Shown: positions 13,340 through 26,184 of the stretch, piece after piece | Layout of the letters: the number at the start of each line of letters is the position of its first letter | Position numbering within the stretch: the stretch's first letter is position 1 | NCBI RefSeq assembly: GCF_006345805.1 | Contig: NC_043003.1 | Coordinates: 70,308,001 to 70,372,000 of the forward strand | Source: Octopus sinensis | Taxonomy: Eukaryota | DNA: 64,000 nucleotides | Direction of reading: 5' to 3' | Position numbers and translations under genes: made by a program | The notes under the pieces: generated by a model | The model's input: only the letters and a program-made list of their open reading frames with translations | Database searches by the model: none | What the model was told of the DNA's origin: nothing

Positions 13340-13970
13340 TTCCCACAACCAGCAGACTAAGGTGACGCTTGTTTACTGATCATGCTTCAAGAACCCTGCC
13401 AAGAATTCTTGCGGTTCCAAGCAATGCTGATTTTTGCAGGTATTCTATTTTTACATTTCTGCCAAACTTTTTTATTGTTATCATTGTCTTTGGACAGCTT
13501 CTAACGCTGGAGATGTACTACGGTGTCAGCTGTCCAATATCAGTGAACTAAGGTAACACCTTTTATTTTTCAAGCACCTTCCGGAGTATTCGAGCGGTTC
13601 CAAGTAATACTGTTTTCTGCAAGTGCTTCACCCTTATTGCAGCCCCTATTTGTTCCACGTACTACTCGAGATTTTTGCTCACTGTTCCCAGGGCCCCGAC
13701 AATTATTGGTACTACTGCTAACTTTTTCATCGACCACAACTGCTTAACTTCCCAAGATAACCTGTCATATCTCTCGACTTTTCTTTCTTCCTTATCGCAT
13801 ACCTTGTTGTCAGCTGGGCATGTTATATCCATGATCCAACATAGTTTATTTTCTTTCTCAATTAAGACTATGTCCGGCTTCCTATTCTCTATCTCATGGT
13901 CGCACTGAATCATAAAATCCCATTGGGTCTTTGCATTTCTATTTTCGAGGATACCTTCAAGTTTGTGGTC
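13340..13970 (-). mobile_element. Two tandem 3' fragments of R4/Dong-like RLE non-LTR retrotransposons
   Basis: WDFMIQCDHEIENRKPDIVLIEK...MDITCPAD...EERKVERY...VVPIIVGALG and LQKSALLGTARIL motifs; abuts (ATT)n. Confidence 0.85.
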
Positions 13971-13992
13971 GTTATTATTATTATTATTATTA

Positions 13993-14035
<43 letters not shown>

Positions 14036-14313
14036 CATTATTATTATTATCATTATTATTATTATCATTATTATGTTTGGCTTTTGTTTTGTATTTGTAG
14101 AAGTTGACTCCAGGTCTCACCCAGACACCTCAAGAGACATCAAGTTAGAAGTTCAAGTTGTTGTTATGACAAGTGTGACATATTTTTGGTTCTTCACAAA
14201 GTATTGTTCTAGAGAATGTCTATGAAAAAAAACAAGAAAATCAGAAGTTTGTTCTAAAAGTAAATTGATTATAAGATGATAGTGTGATGTTAAAATGACA
14301 GTAAAAGGTGTTG

Positions 14314-14381
<68 letters not shown>

Positions 14382-14429
14382 TACTACTACTACTACTACT
14401 ACTCCTCCTACTACTACTACTACTACTAC

Positions 14430-14717
14430 CTATCTCAGATACTAGGAAACCTCAAAATGGCAGAAATTCAAAAAATAATGCTCATGGGAACTGCTCATAT
14501 CCTATGCAAAATACTTTCTATATAATCTCAAGTTTTAAAAGAAACATAATTTTCTTATGGTTTCTTAAACATTCTCTAGAACAACACTATGTACAAAAAT
14601 CAAATATATGACACCCTAGGTATAACACTAACATGAACTTCCAACTTGTTGTCTCTTGAGGGTTCTGGGTGAGACTTGAAGCCAACTTGTACAAATGTAA
14701 AGCAAAAGTCAAAAGCA

Positions 14718-14720
<3 letters not shown>
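14430..14720. mobile_element. Short RLE-LINE 3' ends in opposite orientations
   Basis: EIQKIMLMGTAHILCKILS on plus; 14600-14720 is an inverted homolog of 14075-14185. Confidence 0.55.
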
Positions 14721-14792
<72 letters not shown>

Positions 14793-14885
14793 CAACACCT
14801 TTTACTGTCATTTTAACATCACACTCATCTTATAATCAATTTACTTTTAGAACAAACTTCTGATTTTTTTTATTATTATTATTAT

Positions 14886-14918
<33 letters not shown>

Positions 14919-14920
<2 letters not shown>

Positions 14921-15471
14921 AGAGAGCAGTGCACGCCATCAAAGTGACACTGGGGTAAAATATACAAAGCCCAGTATACCCATCATGACTACCCGTCTGA
15001 TAAGGGTACACTAGGCACATGCATCACAACCATATGTGCACGACTTAGTGATCTCATATCAAGATAAACAGCACATGATCTTGCAGGTGGGGCCCAGTTA
15101 GAATTTTCTTCAGGTCGAGTAACCCATCCCGCTCAAAAGGTCCCTGAATAAAGTTTGTTGAAGTATGTTGAACGAAACACCCATGTTTCCATGGGTGAAT
15201 TATTCAAACCCCAAAGAATCCCTCTCAACACACGGCTATGATGCTCCCCCACTACTTCTGCTCCTGATCAGAGATGCACATATCGTCAGCCACTAAGGGA
15301 CATGTTCAACTGGTTAAGGTCAAACAATTGACAAGCAAATCTGTGGTATTGAGCAGAATATTTGCTGTAGCCCATCTTTTATACCAAAACAAAACAATGT
15401 ACATGATAACACTCCCAAACAGTTAAGATCAGAAGCCACGAGAGCCACTGCCTAGTACTGCACCAGGGCAT
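14919..15471 (-). mobile_element. ~550-bp non-coding interspersed retroposon flanked by (AAT)n
   Basis: Copies at 18332-18871 (+), 19489-19650 (+), 23636-23888 (-) and 38717-39272 (-); strand inferred from co-orientation with (AAT)n. Confidence 0.8.
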
Positions 15472-15482
15472 AATTGTTATTA

Positions 15483-15565
<83 letters not shown>

Positions 15566-15577
15566 ATTATTATTATG

Positions 15578-15660
<83 letters not shown>

Positions 15661-16648
15661 CATCATTACTATTGTTATTATCATTATTATTATTATTATT
15701 ATTATTCCTTGAGTGGATGATTCTTCACCTCTGTCTGAGTTATGCATGTTTTACCTAACTTTCAAACAAAGAACCTCGTGGAATTATGTTTTACATACCC
15801 GCCCCTAACACCTTATTGAGAGAGACATAATGTCTCACGTGTTTTGGACATGATTATATAGTTCTGTGCGTGTTTACATTCAACAAATAAAAGAAACGCC
15901 TACTTAAGAAAGTGAAAAATCAATGTAATCTATCGAAGAAGAAACAGAAAAGGTATAAAGAAAAAAAGTCAACGAATTTATTTTTACGATAAGACCGACA
16001 TATTGCACAGGAAATAAACAATATCTCAATGTTTAAAATGTAATTCTGAACAATTTCCACAATACAATTAAGCACAACACCCACACTCTCCGTCCAGAGA
16101 AAGGGGAGAGAGAGCAGTAGACAGTACCGGTAACAGAACCAGTAAAAACAATTGTAGGGCACAGAAGTTATTGTTTCAAAGTAACAACAGTCGCACTGCC
16201 ATATGCAGCACTGAGGATGGCCAAAATACCTTTTTTTTTTGTCCATATTCTATCAGCTGAAGACCAAGGATCCACTCGGAGGGGGTAGAATTCAGAGCCA
16301 GCACTGCAGTTTACGCCGTTTTATGGTGACTGTTAATCCGATGGTAAATCTATAGAGATAAACTTTAGAAAGTGAATATCGCACTGCTAACACAAAAATA
16401 GTCACACAGTGTTGATTTGTAAACTTTGAATATACTTGGAAGCATATTATGCTTGCAAAGGGAATACGATGTCCTAGCTAGCAATTAACACTCACACACA
16501 CACACGCACACACACAAACACACACACACACAAACACGCGCGCGCGCGCGCATATATATATCAATAATAATAATATGACAACAAAAGAATAAATGAGACC
16601 TCGATATTGTGTAAATATCTATAAATATAATGTGACAATTAGTTGGTT

Positions 16649-16720
16649 GTCATAATTTAAACTCAGAGTTTCGGATGCTGTGGCTGAAGTCTGCTCCGGC
16701 ATCTTATCAGTTATTAAGAC
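16649..16720 (-). ncRNA. Degenerate hammerhead-like motif
   Basis: Minus strand CTGATAA-GATGC..GCATC-C-GAAACTCTGAGTT; G8A change without C3 compensation; a truncated inverted copy lies at 16801-16850. Confidence 0.35.
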
Positions 16721-17002
16721 AAACAAAAATGCTATGAAAAAAACCGTTGAATAAAGGGAAATTACTCTAATAGGCGAGGGGAAGGTAAAATAATTATTTT
16801 AATAACTGAAAAGATGCCGGAGCTGACAACAACTAATTGTCACATATTATGTTCATATGTGTGTGTGTGTATCAAAACAGTGTGATTCAAATTCCTTGAT
16901 ACTCTGAGTTTCAAACGTGTCACTAGTCTTCGGCCGAAGACTAGCTTATATATATATAACTCCCAATAAATGAGTTGAGTGTCCTTTCGATTGTCTACTC
17001 AC

Positions 17003-17046
<44 letters not shown>

Positions 17047-17549
17047 AGAGAGAGAGAGAGAGTGTGTCCCGAGCCGACAAAAGCCTTTTGTGTGGAATTG
17101 GTAGTCAGAAACTGAAAGAAACTCATCATATAGAAGTGTGTGGCGGGGCCTGTGTGGTGATGACCGCTTGACAACCGGTATTTTTTTTATTCCCCAAATT
17201 TAGTGGTTCAGCGAAAAGGGACGGTAAATTAAGTACCAGGTGTTAAAAAATGTATGTACTGGGGTCGATTTGTTCGACTAAGCTATTTAAGGCTGTGCCC
17301 CAGCATGGCCACAGTTGACTGACTGAAACAAGCAACTGATAAAAATATATAGATATTATAACAATTTGTTTTTCCGCTCGACTTAATATAACTATGTACA
17401 TCCTTGTACGTCCTGCGGAGGATAAGGAAAACCTAACAAGGATATAAAATCTACCAAAGAAATAGTTAAAATTTTTAAAACCATAAATACCTGTCGGTCG
17501 CACAAATCCATAATATACCGAGAAGTTCGTGATATAAAATTACATATAT

Positions 17550-17920
17550 TCTTTTCTACTCTAGTTACAAGGCCCGAAATTTTGGGGGAAGCGGGTCAGT
17601 CGATTAGATTGATCCCCAATATGCAACTGGTACTTAATTTATCGACCCCGAAAGGGTGAAAGGCAAAGTCGACCTCGGCGGAATTTCAACTCAGAACGTA
17701 ACGGCAGATGAAATACCTATTTCTTTACTACCCACAAGGGGCTAAACATAGAGAGGACAAACAAGGACAGACAAACGGATTAAGTCGATTACATCGATCC
17801 CAGTGCGTAACTGGTGTTTATTTAATCGACCCCGAAAGGATGAAAAGCAAAGTCGACCTTAGCGGAATTTGAACTCAGAACGTAGCGGCAGACGAAATGC
17901 CTATTTCTTTACTGCCCACT
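17550..17920 (-). mobile_element. SINE family B dimer, head truncated
   Basis: Colinear with 7662-8058. Confidence 0.75.
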
Positions 17921-18331
17921 CATTTTACTGCCCATAATTTCCTTTCCTTGTTTGTTCTCTTTGTAGTCGCGTCCATCTTCAATATTCCCTGTGGTGGGGG
18001 AGTTACCATTATATCTAGCAGCCGATTCGAGAAAATGTAAACAAGAATAGAATTTTTATGAATAAAAAATATATTCCCATGCTGATCAAGACCAAAACAA
18101 ATAAACAGACAAACAGGTGAAAAACTTCTCACCTTTCTATCATGACACAGAAATTAATTCACCGGTTAGAAAAAAATCAACATGTAAACTAAAACAAAAT
18201 CGACACATAAACACATCTTACTTAGTGCAAGACAGACCAATAATGAGAGAACCGCAGCCAAACCCACCACCACGAATAACAACAACAACAACAACAACTA
18301 CAATAATAATAATAATAATGATGATTAATAC

Positions 18332-18871
18332 TATGATGCAGTACCAGACACTGATTCTCATGGCTTCTGATCTTAACTGGCTGGAAGTGTTATCATGTAC
18401 ATTGTTTTGTCTTGGGGGGGGGTTACAGCAAATATTCCGCTCAATACCATAAATTTGCTTGTCAGTTGTTTGACCTTAACCACTTGAGCATGTCCCTTAG
18501 TGGCTGACGATATGTGCATCTCTGATCATGAGCAGAAGTGGGGAGCATCATATCCGTGTGTTGAGAGGGATTATTTTGGGGTTTGAATAATTCACCTCTG
18601 GGAATAAAGGGGTGTTTTGTTCATCATCCTTAAACAAACCTTATTTAGGGACCTTTTGAACGGGATGGGCTATTCGACCTGAAGAAAATTCTAACTCGGC
18701 CCCACCTCTAAGGTTATGCGCTGTTAATCTTGATATGAGATGACCATATCGCGCACATGCGGTTATGATGCATGTGCCTGGTGTACCCTTATCACACAGA
18801 TAGTCATGATGGGTATACTGAGCTTCGTATATTTTACCCCAGGGTCAATTGATTGTATGCACTGCTCTCTC
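18332..18871 (+). mobile_element. Copy of the ~550-bp (AAT)n-flanked retroposon
   Basis: Reverse-complement homolog of 14919-15471. Confidence 0.8.
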
Positions 18872-18874
18872 AGT

Positions 18875-19488
18875 AATAATAAAAACAAGAAAGCTATTGA
18901 CTAGATATGGAGTATTTCATCTAAGGAGTGACAACGACAGACTTTATGAACCAAGACAAGGAGGACTGATTTGGTGCAAATACAGCATCAGCGCAGGAAA
19001 ACACATGGCCACAGAACTGCTATTCTTGGAAGTAAAATGAAAATTTTTGTGCAAAATTGAAGACTGCAAAGAAAACACGGTACAAACATTTGTGGGTGAA
19101 TGAAACTGCCAATAGGAGGATAAAGGAAAAGAATGCATGGACAATCGCATAGAGATGTTTATCTATAAAATAAAGAAATAAAAAAACGTAAAATAGGAGA
19201 TACAGAGGAAAATGGTGGTTTTGGATGTCTAAAAGTGATTTAAAACTGGAAATGGAGGCCTTAAACTGTGCTGCTCAAGAACAAGCATCAATAACTAATT
19301 ACATTAAACAGAAAAGTAAACTACGCAACAAAAAGCGATAAGTGCAAGATTTGTGTATAGAATAGGGAAACTGTACGGCATATTACCGGTCAACGTACAT
19401 CACTATCTCAGAATAAAGTTTCGGTCGGAAGGATAACATAGCAAGACAAGTCCATTGGGCCCTTCGCAACAAGTATGGACTTAACTAG
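18875..19488 (+). mobile_element. Degenerate R4/Dong-like LINE fragment (RT thumb to CCHC knuckle)
   Basis: RKLLTRYGVFHLRSDNDRLYEPRQGG, MHGQ, CAAQEQA..TNYIK, KCKIC...ETVRHI, VHWAL; frameshifted. Confidence 0.8.
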
Positions 19489-19652
19489 GTCCCACCTGCA
19501 AGGTAATGTGCTGTTTATCATGATATGAGATCCCCATGTCGCGCACATATGGTTGTTATGCATGTGCCTAGTGTACCCTTATCAGACGGGTAGTCATGAT
19601 GGGTATATTGGGCTTCTTATTATTTTGATGGCATGCGCTGCTCTCTCACACG

Positions 19653-19724
<72 letters not shown>

Positions 19725-19960
19725 GTAATAATAATTAGGTAATTGTTACTTCACTCACCATTTTAAAGTCGTTAGCTTCATGGAGTTAGGCTCGTTATTT
19801 GTGTATTACACAATTTGGTCACTTAATTTTTCTGGGGGGTTTTTCCTGTTTTGACAACTCCCAACCTATGGCCTACGTTAGATTATTATTTTTTTTTTTA
19901 AATATTCTATTTTTGTCTTTTTAAAATATATATATGTGTATATATATACATATACATATG

Positions 19961-20024
<64 letters not shown>

Positions 20025-20336
20025 TGTGTGTGTGTGTCTGTGTTTATTCTCCACCACCGCTTGATAACTGATCTTGGTATTTTTACGTCTCCGTAACTTA
20101 GCGGTTCGGCAAAAGTAGCCAATAAATTAAGTACCAGGCTTGAAAAATAGTAAGCACTGGAGTCGATTCATTCGACTCAAAATTCCAGGTGGTGCTCCAG
20201 TATGTCCGTAGTCTAATGACTGAAAGCAGTTAAAGGATATTAAAAAAAAAAGCAATACAAAACTCGACCAATACAAAACTAATATTCCATCCATAGACAA
20301 GAGCTTTCTTCAAATATTTCTTTGAGAGCACATTTA

Positions 20337-20725
20337 TTCTTTTCTACTATAGGCACAAGGCCCGAAATTTTGGGGAAGGGAACCAGTTAGTTAGATCGAC
20401 CTCAGTAAGCAACTGGTACTTAATTTATAGACCTCTAAAGGATAAGTCGACCTCGGCGGAATTTGAACTCAGAACGTAAATACAGATGAAATACCTATTT
20501 CTTTACTGCCCACAACATATAATAGAGAGGGCAAACAAAGACGGACAAAGGGATTAAGTCGATTGCATCGACCCTAGTGCGTAACTGGTACTTAATTTAT
20601 CGACCCCGAAAGGATGAAAGGCAAAGTCGACTTCGGCGGAATTTGAACTTCAGAACGTAACGGCAGACGAAATACGGCTACGCATTTCGCCCGGCATACT
20701 AACGTTTCTGCCAGCTCGCCGCCTT
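20337..20725 (-). mobile_element. SINE family B dimer
   Basis: Colinear with 7662-8058; ACATTTATT occurs on both sides (possible TSD). Confidence 0.8.
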
Positions 20726-23324
20726 TGGCAGAACATTTATTACAGGCATAGATATGTCACTTTTGTCCATTTTTTGCAATAAAATAGTCAGGTAAGGTGA
20801 AAGACATTTTTGCATTGATACTTGTTAAATAATCTTTTATTTCTGGCAATTGTCTTGTATTCAGAAATTCTGTCGGGTGAGCAGCATTGTCAAAAAATTG
20901 ATTGGATCCGACTTTATAGGTATGCACAAACGATAGATACTCAAAAAAACATCTAAATTGTTTATCAGTTAACAACTGGACCGCGTTTATTTTCTCACAG
21001 TTACTTTCGAGGCTGGTCATTTTGAATACAGTAATCCGAGGTTGTTTGCTTTACTTGATGGCAGCAATTTGTGGACAAAATTGTTATTTTTTCTCTATAA
21101 ATGTCTGTTCTTATTTATTTATATGTTATTTTTCTCTGTTTGTAAAATTGGTTTTTTAAATTCATGTTCTTGTTTACAAAATATTCGAAAATATGTTCAA
21201 AATTGTTGGTTTTAACGCCATGACAAAGAAGCCATGTCGTTTAACAAATGAATATTTACAACATATAATATACAAAAATTTCTGACAAAAACATTTTTTT
21301 TCCCACCCGAAAGGTAAATGGGTTGGACATGGAAATGTATCAAATGGTAAGAGCTTTTTACAATTTTATTCTTACTTCAGATAAACATTATATGAAACCA
21401 ATTCCTTCGGGACCGTCGTCAGCAAAGTTGTCAACAATAAAAACATGAAAATAAACACCGTCAACATAAACAACAACAGCAGCTGTACACCTGAAGCTCC
21501 ACGAGGCTCCGGCAGGAGGTGGTGGTGAACCCGGCTTTACTCTTTCACCACAACTTTCTCTCACTCTTTCTTCTGCTACAAAGCAGAAGAACCATGGTGT
21601 AACCCACTATGGTGTGGCAAACTGTCAGACCCTAGTCTAGATTGCGAATCCTCGGTACCCCAGGATGGTTCAGCTCTCCACCCGTTAAAAGCCACCGTTT
21701 ACGGAATGAGGATAACAAGGTAGCTTTCGCGCCCGTCCAACCGCCAGTCTATCGCGGGTGGTGGGTGGATCGGAGAAATTAGCCCCGCGAGGTGAGGTGG
21801 CTGTTGTAGCGAATGTCACTGGCCATTCTCCGCGGCAGCATCTTTGCAATCCGAGGCGCGGCTCAACATGCCATTTGTTCTGGGGTATAAAACCTGTTAC
21901 CCCCTCCTCCATCTGTCACTGCTTACGCCTTTTTTTTTTCTTCGTTACGTTGTGAGGTAGTAATGGGGTCTCACGATAATTTGATCTTTTAAACATCTAA
22001 AGTTTTTCCCTTTCCTTTGTTCCTATAATAATATGTTAATAGAACCAAAGTCTATTATAAAACAATAAATTATAAAACATGCGATGGCATATTGACAAGT
22101 TAAACAGAAGTGATGCAAAAACGTCATACAATAGATACTAAGACATTAAACATTGATTAAATTACAAATGTAAATAAAAGAATTTAACTAATAGTTCTGC
22201 CATCTCACCGCCTTGTGATCTCTCTATACTATATGCAGTTCTTCTAAGGCGGTGAGCTGGCAGAAACGTTAGCACGTCGGGCGAAATGCGTAACCGTATT
22301 TCGTCTGCCGCTACGTTCTGAGTTCAAACGGCAGACGAAATACCACTAAGCATTTCGCCCGGCGCGCTAACATTTCTGCCAGCTCACCGCCTTGTACACA
22401 AACATACTTTAAAAGATAAAATACTAGCATTTCTATAGAGAAGGGCAGAAGTGTGGATAATTCGAGAGAAACGTTGGGAAAGACACATCAACAAAAACAT
22501 AAAGCACTCGTATATTTTGACTTTAACAGGAACGACAATAGGTTTTGCTGTATTTGATAGCCAGAGGCAAGATTTTGAATACGACATCAATCTTATCAGA
22601 GAAGGGGATGTGGAAATGGTGTGTCACCAAAATTGTGATTGCTTCTCTAAAGAATTTATCCAAAAGCGAGTAAGGAGAACTGTACCATACAGCTGCTCTT
22701 TGAAAACTGTAAGAACGTCCAGTGTGTGCCCTCAAAGATAAATTTTGAATGTTCTGTCCGATGTATAAAGCGATGGGAACTATATATGTTCATACAATAA
22801 TAAATGGGTCAGTGAAAATAAGAGTCGTAACCAGGGACATTGTTAGTAATAATGGCCTCTACCTGTAACACAAAATGAGCGGATGGTGAGCACAAGGATA
22901 ATTAAAAATAATGTGGAGGGGTGCAGTATGAATATACAAGTCATAATGACATCCGAAAATTACAGAACTATTCTTGAGATGTCCTGCTATAAGTATAAAG
23001 ACAAAAGCAGTGAGATTGGCAAAAGAGGGTAACAATCCCAGCTGGTATACGTGTGACAATAAGGGACATCTAGGTTTCTTTTCTAAGGAGCTTGAATGAA
23101 AAAAGACAGGCAGAGGTGCTAAGCAACCGCGCCAACAATAACAGCAACTCTCGGAGACTGCTATTTCAACAGCAGTGATGTCGCATTACGAGCTGCTGCT
23201 TCGAGCATAAGCAAAAATTTCAAATCATCATCAGGAACAGAAATCTATGGCCATGGGTCAATCCGCCTCTTCAGTTATCTATTACTTTGCTGATGATTCT
23301 GGCTTAGTTCACTACCAGTGAACT

Positions 23325-23579
23325 AAGGTAACACCCCTTATTTTTCGATCATCTTCCGGAGTATTCGAGCGGTTCCAAGCAGTGCTGTTTTCTGCAAGTG
23401 CCCCACCCTTATTGCAGCCCCTATTTGTTCAACGTACTTCTCAAGATTTTTACTCACTATTCCCAGGGCTCCGACAATTACTGGTACTATTACCACCTTT
23501 TTCATAGACCACAACTGCTTAACCTCCCAAGCTAACCTGTCATATCTATCGACTTTTCTTTCTTCCTTATCGCATATCA

Positions 23580-23583
<4 letters not shown>
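23325..23583 (-). mobile_element. R4/Dong-like LINE 3' fragment
   Basis: KEERKVDRYDRLAWEVKQLW...VPVIVGALG...LQKTALLGTARILRK; close to the 13.6-13.9 kb copy; abuts (ATT)n. Confidence 0.85.
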
Positions 23584-23635
<52 letters not shown>

Positions 23636-23904
23636 GAGTGAGAGAGCAGTGCATGCCATTAAAGTGACACTGGGGTAAAATATATGAAGCCCAGTATACC
23701 CATCATAACTACCCGTCTGATAAGGGTACACCAGGCACATGCATCACAACCATATGTGCGCGACATGGTGATCTCATATCAAGATAAACAGCACATGACT
23801 TTGCAGGTGGGGCCCAGTTAGAATTTTCTTCAGGTCAAGTAGCCCTTCCTGCTCAAAAGGTCCCTGAATAAGGGTTGTTTAAGGATGTTGTATTATTATT
23901 ATTA

Positions 23905-23943
<39 letters not shown>

Positions 23944-25101
23944 TTGGTGTGAACGGAGTGTGCTTTTTTGTCATCGCTCTATCTTTGGATGCGTTATAGC
24001 TTTCCAAGGAATTCGATGTTTATTATTCGTTCTTCTCTCCTTAAACTTATTAACAAGGAAAGATAAGATTTCATTTAATTATTTTACAACACGTTTGAGT
24101 AAAACCGAAGGACATTATTACATTTTGATAACATTTCTTCAAAATTTTAGAAAAATATTTCCATAGACACTTTACGGAAAAATATGAGCAAACCTACTTT
24201 ACAATAAAGCAAATGAATTGTGAACGATGAAATCAATGAGCTCAGAAAAATAATGATGGTGAGAAACGTTTGAGGAAGTCACTTGTCAGTGTCACCTGCA
24301 ACACCAATTGCAGCATCAAGCTCAGTATCAGCTGCATCTACAACAACAATAATATCAAGAACTGTGGCACTCACATAGAGTTATCTTGACGGGCAAAAAT
24401 TTCACACTGGAGGCAGAAATTTTGAGCATGAACAAAGCATTGTCGAAGAAATAATTGTGATAGAATGGTGCCATGAAGAATTCTGTCGCTTTACCGAAAT
24501 TATTTATTGGAACAGGTACTGAAAAAAAATAAGATATCTCTGCTTCGCGATGAAAGGGAAGCATTCTCTGTGCGCGAAATGGCTCATATGAGGGCGGTGC
24601 TAATCGATATCTGGATGAACCTTAATTTTTTTCTTAAACTTTTTCCATAATTTTCAAATTTGGTGTACTAATGCAGTTTTGTATGCTTATTATGGAAACG
24701 AAATTCATTTTTTCCACAAATTAATAAATTTTGGGTAATTTTAGCCACAAACACATTGGTGCCTGTTTACATAGTAACAAGCCAAGGCTATAATTTAATG
24801 TATAGTTTTTGGTGGTGGGGGGGGTAATTTTTTGCAAAACAATTTCACTGAAGATTTTTCCTTTTTAAATTGTATACATGCTTGTTCGAACGTTAGCTTT
24901 GCATTATTTTATCAGACAGAAAACCCTATGAGTCTTTTCTGTTACGGTCACAGTTTTTGCAATTTTAAAATCAAGCGAAAATTTTCAAATTTGGTATATT
25001 GATGTAATTTTTGCTATTCACTTGTTCCGGGGAGATTTTAGAAAAAACTTCACTAAGAATATGTCACTAATTTATTAACCTCAAATCATAATGGCCGGTC
25101 T

Positions 25102-25272
25102 GACCCTAAATGCCAACTCTAAACTCTAACACTATCCTAAATCTTAATTCTATCCCTAAACCTCAACCCTAAAGACTATCTCTAACCCTAAACCCTAATT
25201 CTAACCCTAAAACTCAACCCTAAACCCTAATTCTGTTCCAAAACTCCAACCCTAAATCCTAACTCTAACCTT
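25102..25272. repeat. Degenerate (CCCTAA)/(CCCTAAA)-like array
   Basis: Repeated AACCCTAAA / CTAACCCTAA motifs with many substitutions. Confidence 0.7.
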
Positions 25273-26184
25273 AGTGTATCTCAAGCTTAACTCTTTGAAT
25301 TTTCGCTATTAAAATGTATTATTTACATGAACTAAACTATGGTAGTATAACTTACATGGTGTTTTTAGGTGGGGGGGGGGTAATTTAACGTAGTTTGCTT
25401 GTCTTTTTGTAATTTTTCGCAAAAAGATTTCATTAAGGATTTTTCTTTTTTATATTGCCTGTTTCAACGTTTCACGAGCCTTTATTCATTTCAACTTATT
25501 AAAACTTCAAGGCCTTTTATAATTTTCGTTGTCGTAATATATTGCTTTCATTTTGTTTAATAAAAACTTGTCGACGATAATGTTGTGATAGATGTCTATG
25601 ACGCAGAAAATGTCAGCTTCCAAAACCTGTTTTCTGATTGGATAAAAATTATCAAGCTTTAAACCTCTGTAACATTTTTCTAAAATTCTTCCGGAACAAG
25701 TGTATGACAAAATCAGATTCAGCGTGAAAAACTACATCAATATACCGTATTTGAAAGCTTTCACTTAATTTTGTAATTTCGAAAACTGTAACAGCAACAG
25801 AAAAGATCTGTAAAAGCCTCACCTGCAGGCGGGCCGCAGTCTCGCTCCCCAACTACGCTACTGGTTTACTTTTCCCTCATTTCTCATCAAAGATGAATAA
25901 AAGCCGTCAACTCTGCGAAGAGACGAGATGGGTCAAACATTACTCGTCTAAACCTCAAGGCACAAAAAGATGGCGTAGCAAATACTAGAGAAAGGAAAGT
26001 GATATGACACCTAAAAACCAGTCAACTGGCTTCAGTGACAAGAGCAGCAAAAAATCAAGTGAGGAATCCTTTTAAATGGTTATTCGACCTGATGTAAAAA
26101 GCGGCCAAACTACTTTAAATCAGTCATACAGTCTTGAAATAAGGAAAGGACACATTGGTTTCAAATTTTGACACAAGAAGAGGT

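Noticed and set aside
16257-16342. Possible internal exon (polypyrimidine-AG ... GTAAAT)
   Set aside because: One open frame, but the peptide is unrecognisable and there are no partner exons; such signals arise by chance.
21600-21930. GC/CpG-rich island, possibly a LINE 5'UTR or promoter
   Set aside because: No second copy or downstream ORF in the window to support either reading.
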